Part shown: piece by piece, positions 25,291 through 41,901 of the stretch | Position numbering within the stretch: the first letter of the stretch is position 1 | Layout of the letters: each line of letters begins with the position of its first letter | Source: Macrostomum lignano | Taxonomy: Eukaryota | Length of the DNA stretch: 64,000 nucleotides | Assembly (NCBI GenBank): GCA_002269645.1 | Contig: NIVC01000188.1 | Location: 1-64,000 of the forward strand | Direction: 5' to 3' | Translations under genes and position numbers: made by a program | Notes under the pieces: model-generated | What the model was told of the DNA's origin: nothing | The model's database searches: none | Seen by the model: only the letters and a program-made list of their open reading frames with translations

Positions 25291-28200
25291 ATGTCTAGTT
25301 CGAAGTTAACATCCGCGAGCGGAGGCGAAAAGCAAAGTTTATTGAAGCCCAATAGTCAAGGCTACTGTTTAGACTACGACTTCGGCGGACTATGGCGACC
25401 TCTGGGCGATGCGGGAATCAGCGCAGTCAAGCCCGGTGCGGTGGTCAGAACCGTCTACTATGGATTCGATCACGCTGCCGTGGTAGAATCTGTTCTTGTC
25501 GATCGAGCCAGCTCTCCGAGAAGGACGCAAAAAGCCCTCCTATTAGCGTCACCGTCGACATCATTCACCTAGGGAGGCCGAACTGCGTCGCCTGCACTCG
25601 GCAGGTGATGCGAGACGAAGTGACTCTGTCAGCAGCTAGCAGCGCTAATTTTGTGTTCGAAATGCCTCCGGAGCTGTGCTATTCTGATGAGACGGTAATG
25701 TAGCATTAAATTTATTTGTCGGATGAGTTTTTCCATGATTCGATTGAAACTTTATCGCGATCGCGATCGATGTCTTTTTGCTCCGAACGACAACTGGCTT
25801 TGAATCTAACAAAAATCTGGCATGGGAAAGGTTGGCCAACGTTTCCGAGGTCTATCGACGTCACTGGCTAATGGGTACTTTTAGATTACACTGACGCCGT
25901 TATAACGCCGTCATCTGTCAGCGTAATGTAAAAACTTACTTGTTCGCTAGCGACGTCCATCGACATCGGGCAACGTCAGCGGACGCCGGAATGTTGTAAG
26001 ATTATGTCTAGAAAGCGTGTCTTTCAGAAGCAGAAAAGGGGATTGCAATACTGATGCTTTAATAAGTAGTACAAGTAGCAGAAAAATGATTAAATACTTT
26101 TTCCACAAAACTCCTCAATGCTGCCATATTAAATTTATGCATGTAAGTTTATTTCGCTTTGGTTCGCTATAGCAACCTATCCGTCTTTCAATACCGCATT
26201 TTATACTGTTGTGGTGTGAAACTATTTATTTTAGAAGTTCTTATCCTTTATTTACTCATTTCTTGTTTCAATATCCAGACAGTATCGCGAGCCCGCAGTC
26301 GCTTGAACGAGTCCGAATGGAATCCAGTGAGCGATCCATTCGACTTCACAATGTGGTGCAAAATTCCTTGCCGATTTCAACTTCGCGACTGCTTTGTACC
26401 GTTGCGAGCGCCATGCGGTAATGGTCTGGAGCACGCCATAGCACCTGAATGTCATGTCAACCTACCAGTTGCCTGTGGCCGCTCGAATGACTTGCACGCC
26501 ATTGTTACAGGCGTTGCTGAGCTAGCAACCAAAGGATCTTCAAAGCTGCTTCTAATTGACTACCGCTCCGTGGCTTCTCGATACGATGCGCTTCGACCCC
26601 AGAGCTGCACGAGGATGTTCTGACACTCGACGAGAACGCAGTGATTAGATGCTACACTGGCCGTCAAAACTGTGAAGCAGGTGTTTACAACGCGAGCGAG
26701 GCAAAAAGTGCCCTGGATCGATTTTCCGGCTGTGGGGTTGCCACTAATCGCTATCTACCCGACTGGCTCCTGCTAAAAACGTTGCTGGTTGAAAATTGTC
26801 CTCAGCAACTTTTGGATGCCGGATCGGATGTTTTAAAGCTGGGCGCTAGAAAGCCAACTTTCGGCAAGACATCGGCAAGGGACATTCAACCTGGAGACTT
26901 GCTGATAGGCCTACCAGACGGCGGGTCTGGTCTTGTACTCGAACCCGTGTCTATGACAGCAACGTCTGTAATCCTTCGAATAGCTCGATTTCGCCATCGA
27001 CCGGCTTTGCCTCAGGACGCGAAACCCGGCCTGCACACAGCCGATCGGCGCTTGCTTGTGTCGAATAGGGATCCTCGAATTCGATTTTGCGTGCACAATT
27101 GGGACTCGGAGGACTGCGAAGTCCTGGGCGGATCGCTGGTCAGTACCCCGGAGTATTCGGTTAGACGCATTGAAAGCACCTCGGAACTCAGCCTGGGTCT
27201 TCCAGTTTCCCTGGAGCGCCTGTGCATGTTTCAGCACGCAATCGTGGTTGATTTAAAGACAACCGAATGTCCAGGTATGGATTTATATTAGATCTCCATT
27301 CCACACACAAAGAAATATTATATCATTTCATTTGCGCTGTCATGTGGGATAGATACATCTGTTTCGATTCCAATTCAATTGCTAAATTATAAATTACCCG
27401 TAATTTTTGTGCAGATGAGATCATCCTTACACTTGTGTACTACGCCGTCAAGCTGACGACCAGTTTAATGTTCATCCAGCGGATTGTGTCCAGCAGTCAA
27501 AAACGGATTAATATCAAGAAAGATCGACTTTTCCTAATCGAGTATCACGTTGCGGATGACAGACGGGTGACAGGTGAAGCAGCAGTTAGACGCGCTTTGA
27601 GTCGTCTAGGTGAGGCTGAGTACAATATTCAGTGGAACAATTCGCGCGACCTAGTGCGATGGTGCTCCACTAGTCATCCAACCAATCGCGAATTTTCTAA
27701 GGTTCCTATCTATTACGGACGCGACCTTGAAACTGCCGTCGCGCATGGCCAGATGCAAGTAATGTATCGACGCCTCGTCGGCTTTTATTTCCATCATGTG
27801 ATGATGCGAGAATGCAAACTCATTTTTGAGGGAAAGCGCTGCGATCTTCTCAGCTACCGATGTTACGAATCAGCCGAACCAAACAGCGTCGTGCTTATAG
27901 AGCGATTAAATTTGGAAGACTCGGTACTGGTTGGCCGAGTGTGCTACCACGGAGAAACAAACTCCTTGGAAAAGGTGCGCGACAAGGCCAACCAGTTGCT
28001 AGGCGTATCTTTTATTAGCGAAGCCACCGACAAGGTTATTAATGACCGGCTGCTTTGCGAGTGGCTTAAGCTTTCCAGTGGACCGGATGTTGAAGATCTC
28101 ATGCATCTGCTAATGGGTTCCGGCTTCAATTCCAATGAGGTGCGCATTGAGACTGAGTTTTTCGTGTCTATTACAGATCTCAAACCGCTCGATCATCTGA

Positions 28201-28958
28201 TCATTCGGCGCAACGGCAAGCACAAGGAGCACATTCTGTTACTAGATTGGAACGAGGGTCCCGAGGCCTCCTGCATCCGCTTCGATGTTCCGTCCTGCAT
28301 GGACGGTTACTTAGGGCCCTTGGAAACGCACGGCTACATGATAATGGAGCGCAATCCTAGTACACCTACTGTATACGTGAACGTACGCAACCGTCCGATC
28401 GATGCGGACCTGATGGACAAGCGCATGTCGAATGTTAGTAGTCGCGGCCGCGCTTACTACGACGTTCTGAGCTACAACTGCGAACACATGTGCGGCCTGA
28501 TTTCCAACGGGCGCTCTTATTCGGCCCAGGCGACAGCCTTCGGCAATCACGCAGCCAGTTTCGCCGTGAGAGCCGGTCGGAGTCTCTACTTAGCTCTGCT
28601 GCCATTGTCCAACCTGTTCAACTTGCTGGGCCATTTTCGTTACTTCTTAACTGGCGGCATGGTTCTCCTGTCATTGCTAATCCTGGCGGTTCTCGACTCG
28701 TCCGCCGTCTTCCATCGAGCTCGTCGGTTTGGCATGACCAGGCGCGAGCTCCGGCGTCGTCTGGGCCATATCGCAATTCTGGCCCTGTTCTCCGCTGTGT
28801 CCAGCGTATTAGCCTTTCTAATGGGTCACTTTTTGAGCGACAGGTTTGACGGACTGACTATGAAAGCCGTCTGCTTCTGTATTGGTGTACCGCTGTCTCT
28901 AACTGGCATTGTTTTGTGCCGTTTGGCCGATTATTACAGACACGTGCACATTCCCTAG
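25291..28958 (+). CDS. Multi-domain LRAT-like (permuted NlpC/P60) protein with C-terminal transmembrane segments, ~981 aa
   Basis: Exons 25291-25694, 26279-27274, 27415-28958 (GT-AG). Two 1-bp deletions in C runs (~25508, ~26597) must be repaired. The last domain has the H box KEHILL and YDVLSYNCEHMCGLISNGRSYSAQ (NCEH at 28476-28487). Earlier units show HAAVV/HAIV boxes and RARSRL/RRALSRLGE-Y-N-WC motifs. Hydrophobic segments follow ~28570. Confidence 0.75.
25838..25976. repeat. Degenerate nested inverted repeat (foldback/MITE-like) in intron 1 of the LRAT-like gene
   Basis: Inner arms 25879-25895 / 25917-25933 match 15/17. Outer arms 25838-25868 / 25946-25976 match roughly three quarters of positions. 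Confidence 0.55.
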
Positions 28959-29159
28959 AGCGCTCGGTGACAAATTGAGTGGGCGATTTTGAGAATTACT
29001 CGTTTTTTAGGTTGCCGGTATTATAGCATGATACATTCGTTTTTATTGTCCTACTATTGTTAGGAAACAACTTATGGCACGGACAAAAAGCACGTAGCAT
29101 GTAGCAATGGTAGGTGAGACAAATGAGACAAAATAGGTGAGAGATCGGAGTAAAGATAT

Positions 29160-29335
29160 GAGAGGAGAGAAGAGGAAAGAGATGAGAGAAAGAGAAGAAA
29201 AGAGAAGAGAGGAGATTAGAGAGAAGAGAGCTGAAATGAGACACAAACCTTGAGCCTTATTGCTATTGATTGCTATTGTGAAGTTTCAAAGGACCCTTTG
29301 GCCGGATAGAGAGGCTTTGTCGGAGTTTGCCGACC
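29160..29335 (+). repeat. Dispersed repeat copy 2 (AG-rich head + gtgaagtttcaaaggac core)
   Basis: Exact 17-mer at 29278-29294, with flanking motifs shared with 21855-22025. Confidence 0.65.
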
Positions 29336-30045
29336 CCTGGCGTAAAAGTCGTAAAAGTAGGTGAAAATCTAGTGTGAAAAAAACCTAAACAATATATTTA
29401 TATTTGCTTTTGTCGGTAAGTTGTGGTGTTGTTCAAGTGATTATCAACCATAACAAAACTTTGGTAGTGGACTACTATTATATTTGGTGCTGGGTTTGAA
29501 GATTATTTTCTTAAATTTTCTAACTATGTCATATTGCGACTCTCAAATGATTGAGTATATCAACTGCCGTATCTGATAAACCAAATCTCAATTATATCTC
29601 GTTTGTGTCCAATTTACATGGGATGAATGCGGCACTGGAATCAAATAAATTGCCTATTACTATTTCATTGGTTAAAGCTTTGTCGTCAGCAAGAAATAGC
29701 TCTGCTCTATTGATGATGAGTACGCATGGTTAACTGGAGGGAGTTAATGCATTTACCTCCAACTGTAAAATCGCAACATCAGAAAACCACTTGCAGAGAT
29801 TCTCACTGTTCGTTGTTGTAAATCATGGTTTGCAGGGCCATCAGTTTAGGTCGCTATTTATGTAGAATGGCCGGAAGGTCACAGGACTTTATTTCGGCTC
29901 CGTAAGGCACCGTTTTTTCGGTATGTATATGCAGGCCGGTGCCCAGTTCCACAGTATCGATGCTTTTAAAGGGCCTATAAAGAGTTAGTGTCCTTTGACT
30001 GTTTACCTGTTAATGTGTAACGTTATACATTGAAGGCAGTGCTTG

Positions 30046-30255
30046 GTGGGCGCCCCTGTCTCTTTGGTTGGCGCCCCTTGTCTCTTGCTTAGCGCCCCTG
30101 TCCCTTGGTGGGTGCCCCTATCCCCTGGTGGGCGCCCCTCTCTAGGTAGATGCCCCTGTCTCTTGGTGGGTGCCCCTGTCTCTTGGTGGGTGCCCCTGTC
30201 TCTTGGTGAGCGCCCCTGTCTCTTGGTGGGTGCCCCTGTCTCTTATTGGGTGCCC
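30046..30255. repeat. 20-bp minisatellite tctcttggtgggtgcccctg, ~10 copies
   Basis: Period 20 read directly. Confidence 0.93.
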
Positions 30256-31778
30256 AATTTGGCCCAGTAGATCGTAGATGCCACGTCCAAAGAGGTTGGT
30301 AAAAATTGAGCTCCTGCCATTCGTCGAGCTTGATTTAATTACGAATGTACCTCCTTCATTTAGTTTTTTAGGGGAGCGCAATTTTTTTAGCTGGAGGGCG
30401 CAGGGGGGAGGGCGCATCCCCAGGTAGCTTTTTAAAAAGTTAATACGCCACTAGCATGCACACGTACCAACTTAATTACATGTACACAACAGCGAAAACT
30501 AAATTAATATTAAAATAGATGAATAAATTTACATGTACGTGAGGAATAATTTTTGAGCGACGCTTGCGTTAGGCGAATAATATTAAAAGCAATATAGTAA
30601 AAATAAATCCACAACCAATATTCGCATAAATGAATTTTTTGAACGTCCATTATAGCCAACGTTCGATAGTAGTCATTAGTGACACATGCAGTTCGTTAGT
30701 CAATCAATCCCAAAATTTCCATAGCATTTCTGCAGCGCCTGAGTTCGTGCTCACTTGTATCGTTTGTTGCTGTGGCATTTTCATCGTCGGAGTTCTTAAA
30801 ATAAGATACATGTAGAATTAAAATAATATGCTGTTTTATATATGTTGCATTTTTTCGGAGCCGCGCTGCTGACCGCTACAAATTGTATCTTGAAATTGGG
30901 TCAACACGCTTCCCCAACCCTCGCAGCACAGTCTTTCAAAAATATATTGGGATCAGTAGAAGTTATACCGTTACTACGTAAAAGTTACATAGAAATGTGG
31001 CATCGTAGCAACATGCAACATTGGTCCCTAAAGATGGCATGTTCATTTAAATGCATATATATTATCTAACCGGTGTACATGAGGTGTATTTAACTACTAA
31101 GTACAAAAAGAATGAAAGAATGAATGAGAGGTAGCTATATAAAGATCAAAAAGGGGTGAGGCGGCAGTCTATATGTGTATAGCACATATGATTACAATTC
31201 TAGATGGGGTGTTGTTAGTTTGTAGATCAAAAGACACGGTTTTTAGAAAAAATATTGTTTTCTACCACTGATATTATGATATGAAACTGACCAAAATACC
31301 AAAATTGACCGATTCCAAACTACATGTAATAGCATACTTTGTGGCCAGCCTGAGAATTGTATTCCGGGTTTTATGACGAGTTTTCAGCGCGAAAATTATA
31401 TTTAAAAAATCCCAAAATCCTTTTTTCTTAGAAAAAGCAGCTGAGGTTACGTTGACTTAGTTCTTAATCATAATTTTATTTCAAGCTTTCGGTATTCATA
31501 GATTAGACCTAATCCTACCTAAATTTAGGAATTAGTGACTCGGCAATCTGATCTGTGAGCAGTTTTCGAGTGAGCCGTGTAATATACATGTATTTTATTT
31601 AATTAACTACTCTTTTTTGTAATTAAGCAAATAGAACTGTAATAGATACGACCCGCCTATCATTGTCTCAAAGTATGGTTTTTAGGTAGATTTTAAAAAT
31701 AGATAGAGTTAATATACAGCTATTTTTTAATTTTTAAAGACTTTTTACTTAGGAGAGGTGGTATTAAATAATTTATGA

Positions 31779-34447
31779 ATGATGGAATCAGATGAATTTA
31801 ATCTACTGCCACTTAGTGATTCAGAAAAAGGTAAATATGTAATGAACTTGTTGTTTCTTTATGTTGAAAAACATTTGACAAGAAACACAATCATAGAGCT
31901 GACTAAATATCAATTGTTATTATTAATAAAGCCTATTTGAAGTTTAAATGAAGCCAATTTAAAGTCGATTAGTAAATAAGGCCTTATTAAATGATAAATT
32001 AGAATTATGCCATACCATTCAGCACCAATTTGAATTTAATGTGCGCATCTTTAGTTATGCCCTATCATTTTAAATATGCCAAATGGAGATATTTAAATCA
32101 AGGAAAAATCAGGCCATTATGTGAATTATATTTAGGCTTTTTGTAAAGAAAAAATATATATCAGATAGAATGACTTGACTGAAGCATTAAAGACAAGCAA
32201 ATTGCCAAATGCTATACATATAGTTTCTGTTAAAAATGACATGTTTGAAGTCTCATTAGTGAGCTTATTAGCTCCGTGTTTTTCTTTTCTAAAAAGATAA
32301 ACTATAGCTACTTGTAGTTATCATTTCCTATATAAAGCTTTCAAGATTGATATGTTTATATTGTTATTTTAGCATTAAAATAAAGGGCTGTTAAAATGTT
32401 TTAAGCTTAGTAAAATACTTTTAAACTTCTGTTTGCATATCCTAATGATCCCATGCTATATTGAAATCATTGCTTTTATAATTTTTATTGATTTGATTTT
32501 TATTGATTTTATAAAAGGTTGAACATTTGCTTCAGGTTCCCTATATCCATGTGCATATATTGAAATTACAGTTTGGCTATTATTATTTTCTTTTTTTAAA
32601 TTGACTCTTGCTAATATTGATATTTAAAACTGTATTATAAACTAAATCAATATTTTCATTCCAATTAGTCTTGAATTAAACACTAATTGAAAATTGAAAA
32701 CTGAGCACGAAATGATATAATTTCATTCATTTATTAATTCCCAATAAACAGCTCTACTAGCCGAAGTGAAGGAGGCAGTCCTAGCAGCAGAAAACAGCGG
32801 TGCCTTTGATGACGCTGCCACCACCGCTGCTGCCGCATCATCGAATGCCGGCAGCCCCGCTGCCACCGGCTGGGAGCATCCGGCGGTTCGTTTTCTGGCC
32901 TCAACTTTTGTTCGAAAATGTCTCACGCAGCTGGAGGTACTCCGAGCTCACGGGGTGGCTTATTCGCTCAAAGAGCTTGTGTGGTTTGTGCTCAACTTGG
33001 AGCGCGATCCGTTCTATATGCTGGGACTGTCGGGGTCCGACTGCACCGAGGAGCAGGTGATGCTACCTTCTTCCAGCCATTTTTACATTTAGTAGTAAGA
33101 AAAACAACTTTATCATTATAAGCTATATCTAACGAGATATTGTGAACGATATATTTTAGTTTAGCGACAAGTGGCATCGTCAGGCGATGAGTATTGATAG
33201 GTTAAACGAAAACCGCGTGAAAACATAAATGGATAAGAGCAAGAGATTAAAGGTTTACAAAAGTGGTGGTGGGTGAACGCACATAATAAGAAAATATTTA
33301 ATTGAACCGAAATTTGAACCAAAGTGTCATTTTGCTCAGAACAATGACTAGGGCACTAGGTTTAGCACCAGCGGCTTTAGCACCAGCAGCTTTAGCACCA
33401 GCGGCTCTAGCACCAGCGGCTTTAGCACCAGGGGCTTTAGCACCAGCGGCTCTAGCACCAGCGGCTCTAGCACCAGCGGCTCTAGCACCAGCGGCTCTAG
33501 CACCAGCGGCTCTAGCACCAGCGGCTCTAGCACCAGCGGCTCTAGCACCAGCGGCTCTAGCACCAGCGGCTTTAGCACCAGCGGCTCTAGCACCAGCGGC
33601 TTTAGCACCAGCGGCTCTAGCACCAGGGGCTTTAGCACCAGGGGCTTTAGCACCAGGGGCTTTAGCACCAGGGGCTTTAGCACCAGGGGCTTTAGCACCA
33701 GGGGCTTTAGCACCAGGGGCTTTAGCACCAGGGGCTTTAGCACCAGGGGCTTTAGCACCAGGGGCTTTAGCACCAGGGGCGGGGGGCATCAAAAACCCGA
33801 AAAATAACAACTTCGAAGGTTCTAGCAATTTCCAACACTTATTTTGTTTTTTCGGAGTTATGATATTTTGGGTTTGTGATATTTCGGGTTTATGATGGCG
33901 ACCCCCAGGGGCGCCAAAGCTACTGCTAAGGGGGTTGCCAGCCAATTGAGGCAAGGGCGCCGCAGCCCATTGTCCCCTCCCTGGCTACGCATGCCTAACT
34001 TTACTACTAATGGTTTCTTATTGAGTAGATATAAACGGACTTTTCCGACTTTTTTATCGGCAGGTGCGCTCCCTGGCCGACCGTCTGAACCAATCGCCAG
34101 CGATTTCGGTTCCACCCGAGCCGCTGCTTCTGTTGCCAACCGGTGTCGGAACCGACTGTTACCATGGCAACGGCCTCGACGACGACGCAGCCTCATCCTC
34201 GCAATCGGTCGACGCATCCGACGCGGCGTTTGGGTCGGTTGGCGACTGGCCAACTGTCAAGGAGGCTCTGGAGCGGCTGCGGGTGCTTGCTGAAGCCGCT
34301 TCTGACGCGGCCGCCGACGAGAGGCAAAGACCGCGACGTCGCGGACTGCCTGCTGAGCGGCCGGTGCTCACCGTCACCCTGCCGGAGCTGCCCGACCTGC
34401 CGCCGTGTCCGCTCGATCCGGTTGGTGGACAAACGGACAATCAGTAG
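31779..34447 (+). CDS. Uncharacterised protein, 246 aa, with a J-domain-like helix (DPFYMLGL...CTEEQV) but no HPD motif
   Basis: Exons 31779-31830, 32752-33056, 34064-34447; GT-AG introns, phases 1 and 0; 741 bp in frame; GC-rich exons in an AT-rich background. Function not recognised. Confidence 0.6.
33361..33780. repeat. 15-bp minisatellite (t/c)tagcaccag(c/g)ggct, 28 copies
   Basis: Period 15; lies in intron 33057-34063. Confidence 0.97.
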
Positions 34448-34496
34448 GAGTGCTGGATGGAGTGAACTTTTTGAGGCTTTTGAGTGACAATTTTAA

Positions 34497-34905
34497 TGGA
34501 GTGACTATTCTATGGGAGTGACTATTCTACAGGAGTGACTATTCTACAGGAGTGACTATTCTACGGGAGTGACTATTCTATGGGAGTGACTATTCTATGT
34601 GAGTGACTATTCTATGGGAGTGAATATTCTACGGGAGTGACTATTCTATGTGAGTGACTATTCTATGGGAGTGACTGTTCTATGGGAGTGACTATTCTAT
34701 AGGAGTGACTATTCTATGGGAGTGACTTCTATGGGAGTGACTATTCTATGGGAGTGACTATTCTATTAGAGTGACTATTCTATGGGAGTGAATATTCCAC
34801 GGGAGTGACTATTCTATGGGAGTGACTATTCTATGGGAGTGACTGTTCTATGGGAGTGACTATTCTACAGGAGTGACTATTCTATTGGAATGACTATTCT
34901 ATTGG
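34497..34905. repeat. 17-bp minisatellite ggagtgactattctatg, ~24 copies
   Basis: Period 17; starts about 50 bp after the stop at 34447. Confidence 0.95.
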
Positions 34906-35271
34906 ATGCGGATTGTATAAACTAAACTCCCTGAGTAAAAAGATGATTTTTTATTCGACGCAGAATCTATATACGTAAGATTTGACAGCTTGTAAAGTTT
35001 TGTTGATTAGTTGATTAGCAATTCAAATTCGAAGTTGAGCAATTGTTTTTGTTTTTAAGTCAGTTATTCTGGTGACAGCTGTATTTCATTTTATACGTAC
35101 TACTGTATGCTTACAAGCGTGTTAAATTAATTTTCTTTTTTAATTTGCTAGCTTGCTTTTATATTGCAATCTCATTATTGTTTATTTTAAATATATCCAA
35201 ATACACCGGAATTTATTCTACACAAAGTATTGCTTACAGACAGTCTCTCAACTAAATTTGGGTAATATTTT

Positions 35272-35686
<415 letters not shown>

Positions 35687-36289
35687 TAATCTTCTATTTT
35701 TGGAAGATTAAGCCACGAGTAGTACTCAAATTCAAGCAAATTAACTTTGCACTGCCTTATCTAGTTTCCTCTCCCTCTGTACTGTACACAAGCTTGAAAC
35801 GTTTGTTTGATTTGAGACTATTTGCAAAGGAAAGAAAGGAATAGCTGTCCAAATAGATCAAACAAAGTTAAGTGAAGATGGTGCTGTCAGAAAACAGCTG
35901 GCGTGGAAAACAGTCTAGCAAGGGCTAAGGCAGTCAGTCTATAGCGCTATAGCGCTTCTTCTCTATAGCGCTATATATATAGAGAAGTCCCTGGCTAAGG
36001 GCTGTATTCGCCACATGATTTTGTGTAATGACTGCATACATACGAGCGTATGAGCTTATGTATATGTTTGCATGATTGCCGCGTGTTGTAGGGTCAGTCT
36101 GGTAGGTGGCTGTGGGTGGTGGGTTGACTCAGGGCAAGTTGCAGCGTGTTTTCGCTGAGAAGATGGCAAGATATACGGTATATATATTTAGCTCAAGTGG
36201 CTCATGTATTGCATGGAGTATTGGATATAGATTTCTGGAGTTGCCAAGTTACTAAATAAATGCCCCGTGTTTTATCTCTTGGAGAAAGA

Positions 36290-36775
36290 AATGAAAGGGG
36301 TAGATTGAGAGAGAGAGAGGGTACGCTTGGGATGGATTTATAGTGAGATGGAGATAGTCAGGGAGAGAGAATGAGATGGAGGCAGTGAGATGGAGAAAGA
36401 CAGATGGTGAGATGGAGACAGTGACATGGAGAGTGAGATGGAGATAGTGAGACGGAGAGTGAGCGGGAGACAGTAAGATGGAGAGTGAGAGGGAGACAGG
36501 GAGATGGAGACAGTAAGATAGAGAGTGAGAGGGAGACAGGGAGATGGAGACAGTAAGATAGAGAGGGAGACAATAACATGGAGAGTGAGAGGGAGACAGG
36601 GAGATGGAGAGTGAGAGCGAGGCAGTGAGATAGAGAATGAGATGGAGATAGTGAGGTGGAGAGTGAGATAGAGACAGAGGCAGCAAGTGTGAGAGAGACG
36701 AGGGTGGGATGTAGGATATAAAGTGAAATGGAGATCGAGATGCAGAGTAGACTCGAGTGAGACGGAGAGAGACAC
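36290..36775. repeat. GA-rich degenerate repeat (gagatggagacagtga-type)
   Basis: Purine-rich low-complexity tract with a recurring gagatggaga motif. Confidence 0.85.
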
Positions 36776-37256
36776 AAAACAAGCAGGTTCCATTCCGGCA
36801 GTTGCAAGCCTTAGAACTCCATGCTTATTATAAGTGAAGGAGACAGGAGAGAGATAGCGAGGGTGGGGGTCCCGTGACCCCGACCGGCCCCTCAAATTCG
36901 TAAGCTAGCTCAAGCTAACTATATTGAATGCGCGTACTCGTATTAGTATAGAATGGAGAGGCCGGACTGACCGCCTGACCCTTGGCGCTTACTCAGCATC
37001 GGCAGGCTAACTGCTAACTGCAGAATATATAACAATAGAACGCTTTTGAGGCGCCCCAAATAGCGTGCTCGTGTGCAGTGCTTTTTGCTTGATTATAAAA
37101 ATACAAACGAAAAGAAGCAAAAACCCAGGCTGAAGATTTATCTGTCTTTCTAGAAGGTCGAAAAAGTTTAGTAATTATCTTATTAATCTTATCTAATCTC
37201 CTAAGCTAATTAGAAAGAGAAAAATGCGCAAACGCTGGATCATTCGGTTGTGCTAA

Positions 37257-40867
<3,611 letters not shown>

Positions 40868-41444
40868 TAGTGAAACTAGAGAATGAACTACACTGTACTC
40901 ATGCGGCACTCCCCGTGCTTTAATGATAAATTAAGCCTGTGCATAGCCATGACAGACTGCAGACAGGAGGCAGACAGCAAACTACTTCCCTAGTGTAACA
41001 CCGGGGGTAGTGTTGTTAAAGTACACTGAAGCGAGTTATAGCCACCAAATCGCACTTTTAGATTTCGTAACTCTATATTCAAGTCTATTTGCACTATTAA
41101 TTGAAGCATTATAAAATGTCCTAAATTGAATTCTAGGCGAGTTATTGACAGTTACATGCAAAATAGTTCAAGCTCTTTTCTGCTAATTTTATATAGAAAT
41201 TACTGGCTTGAATCAGAAAATTGTTGACTGCATGCGGTGCCGTGTGTGGGCGGCACCCCAATGGCTCATTAAATTATAAATGCTAATTTTTAGCTACGTT
41301 TAATCAAGGAGAATTTGAATAGAACATCTGGTCACGACAACTCTTTTCTGAAACCTGATTTTGAGACTTGATTAGTTAATTAATTTATTATCAATTTCCA
41401 GTGAATTTTAATTTTGTTATAAATAATTGTCTTCAGCGCCGAAG

Positions 41445-41901
41445 TGAGTGCCTGCAGTGTCAAAATGAGTGCCTGCAGTGCCAAAATGAGTGCCTGAAGT
41501 GTCAAAATGAGTGCCTGCATTGCCAAAATGAGTGCCTGAAGTGTCAAAATGAGTGCCTGAAGTGTCAAAATGAGTGCCTGCAGTGCCAAAATGAGTGCCT
41601 GAAGTGTCAAAATGAGTGCCTGCAGTGCCAAAATGAGTGCCTGCAGTGTCAAAATGAATGCCTGCAGTGTCAAAATGAGTGCCTGCAGTGCCAAAATGAG
41701 TGCCTTCAGTGCCAAAATGAGTGCCTTCAGTGCCAAAATGAGTGCCTGCAGTGCCAAAATGAGTGCCTGCAGTGTCAAAATGAGTGCCTGCAGTGCCAAA
41801 ATGAGTGCCTGCAGTGTCAAAATGAGTGCCTGCAGTGCCAAAATGAGTGCCTGCAGTGTCAAAATGAGTGCCTGCAGTGCCAAAATGAGTGCCTGCAGTG
41901 C
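41445..41901. repeat. 21-bp minisatellite caaaatgagtgcctgcagtg(c/t), ~22 copies
   Basis: Period 21 read directly. Confidence 0.96.

Noticed and set aside
29480-29800. Minus-strand PCVLIINRAELFLADDK segment resembling an AAA Walker B region
   Set aside because: Flanked by stops, no Walker A or splice support; too short to call.
30560-31070. Short ORFs and exon-like stretches on both strands
   Set aside because: No consistent splice phases or recognisable motifs.
33298-33954. LAPAA/AKAPG elastin- or antifreeze-like ORFs
   Set aside because: Product of the 15-bp intronic repeat; open on both strands.
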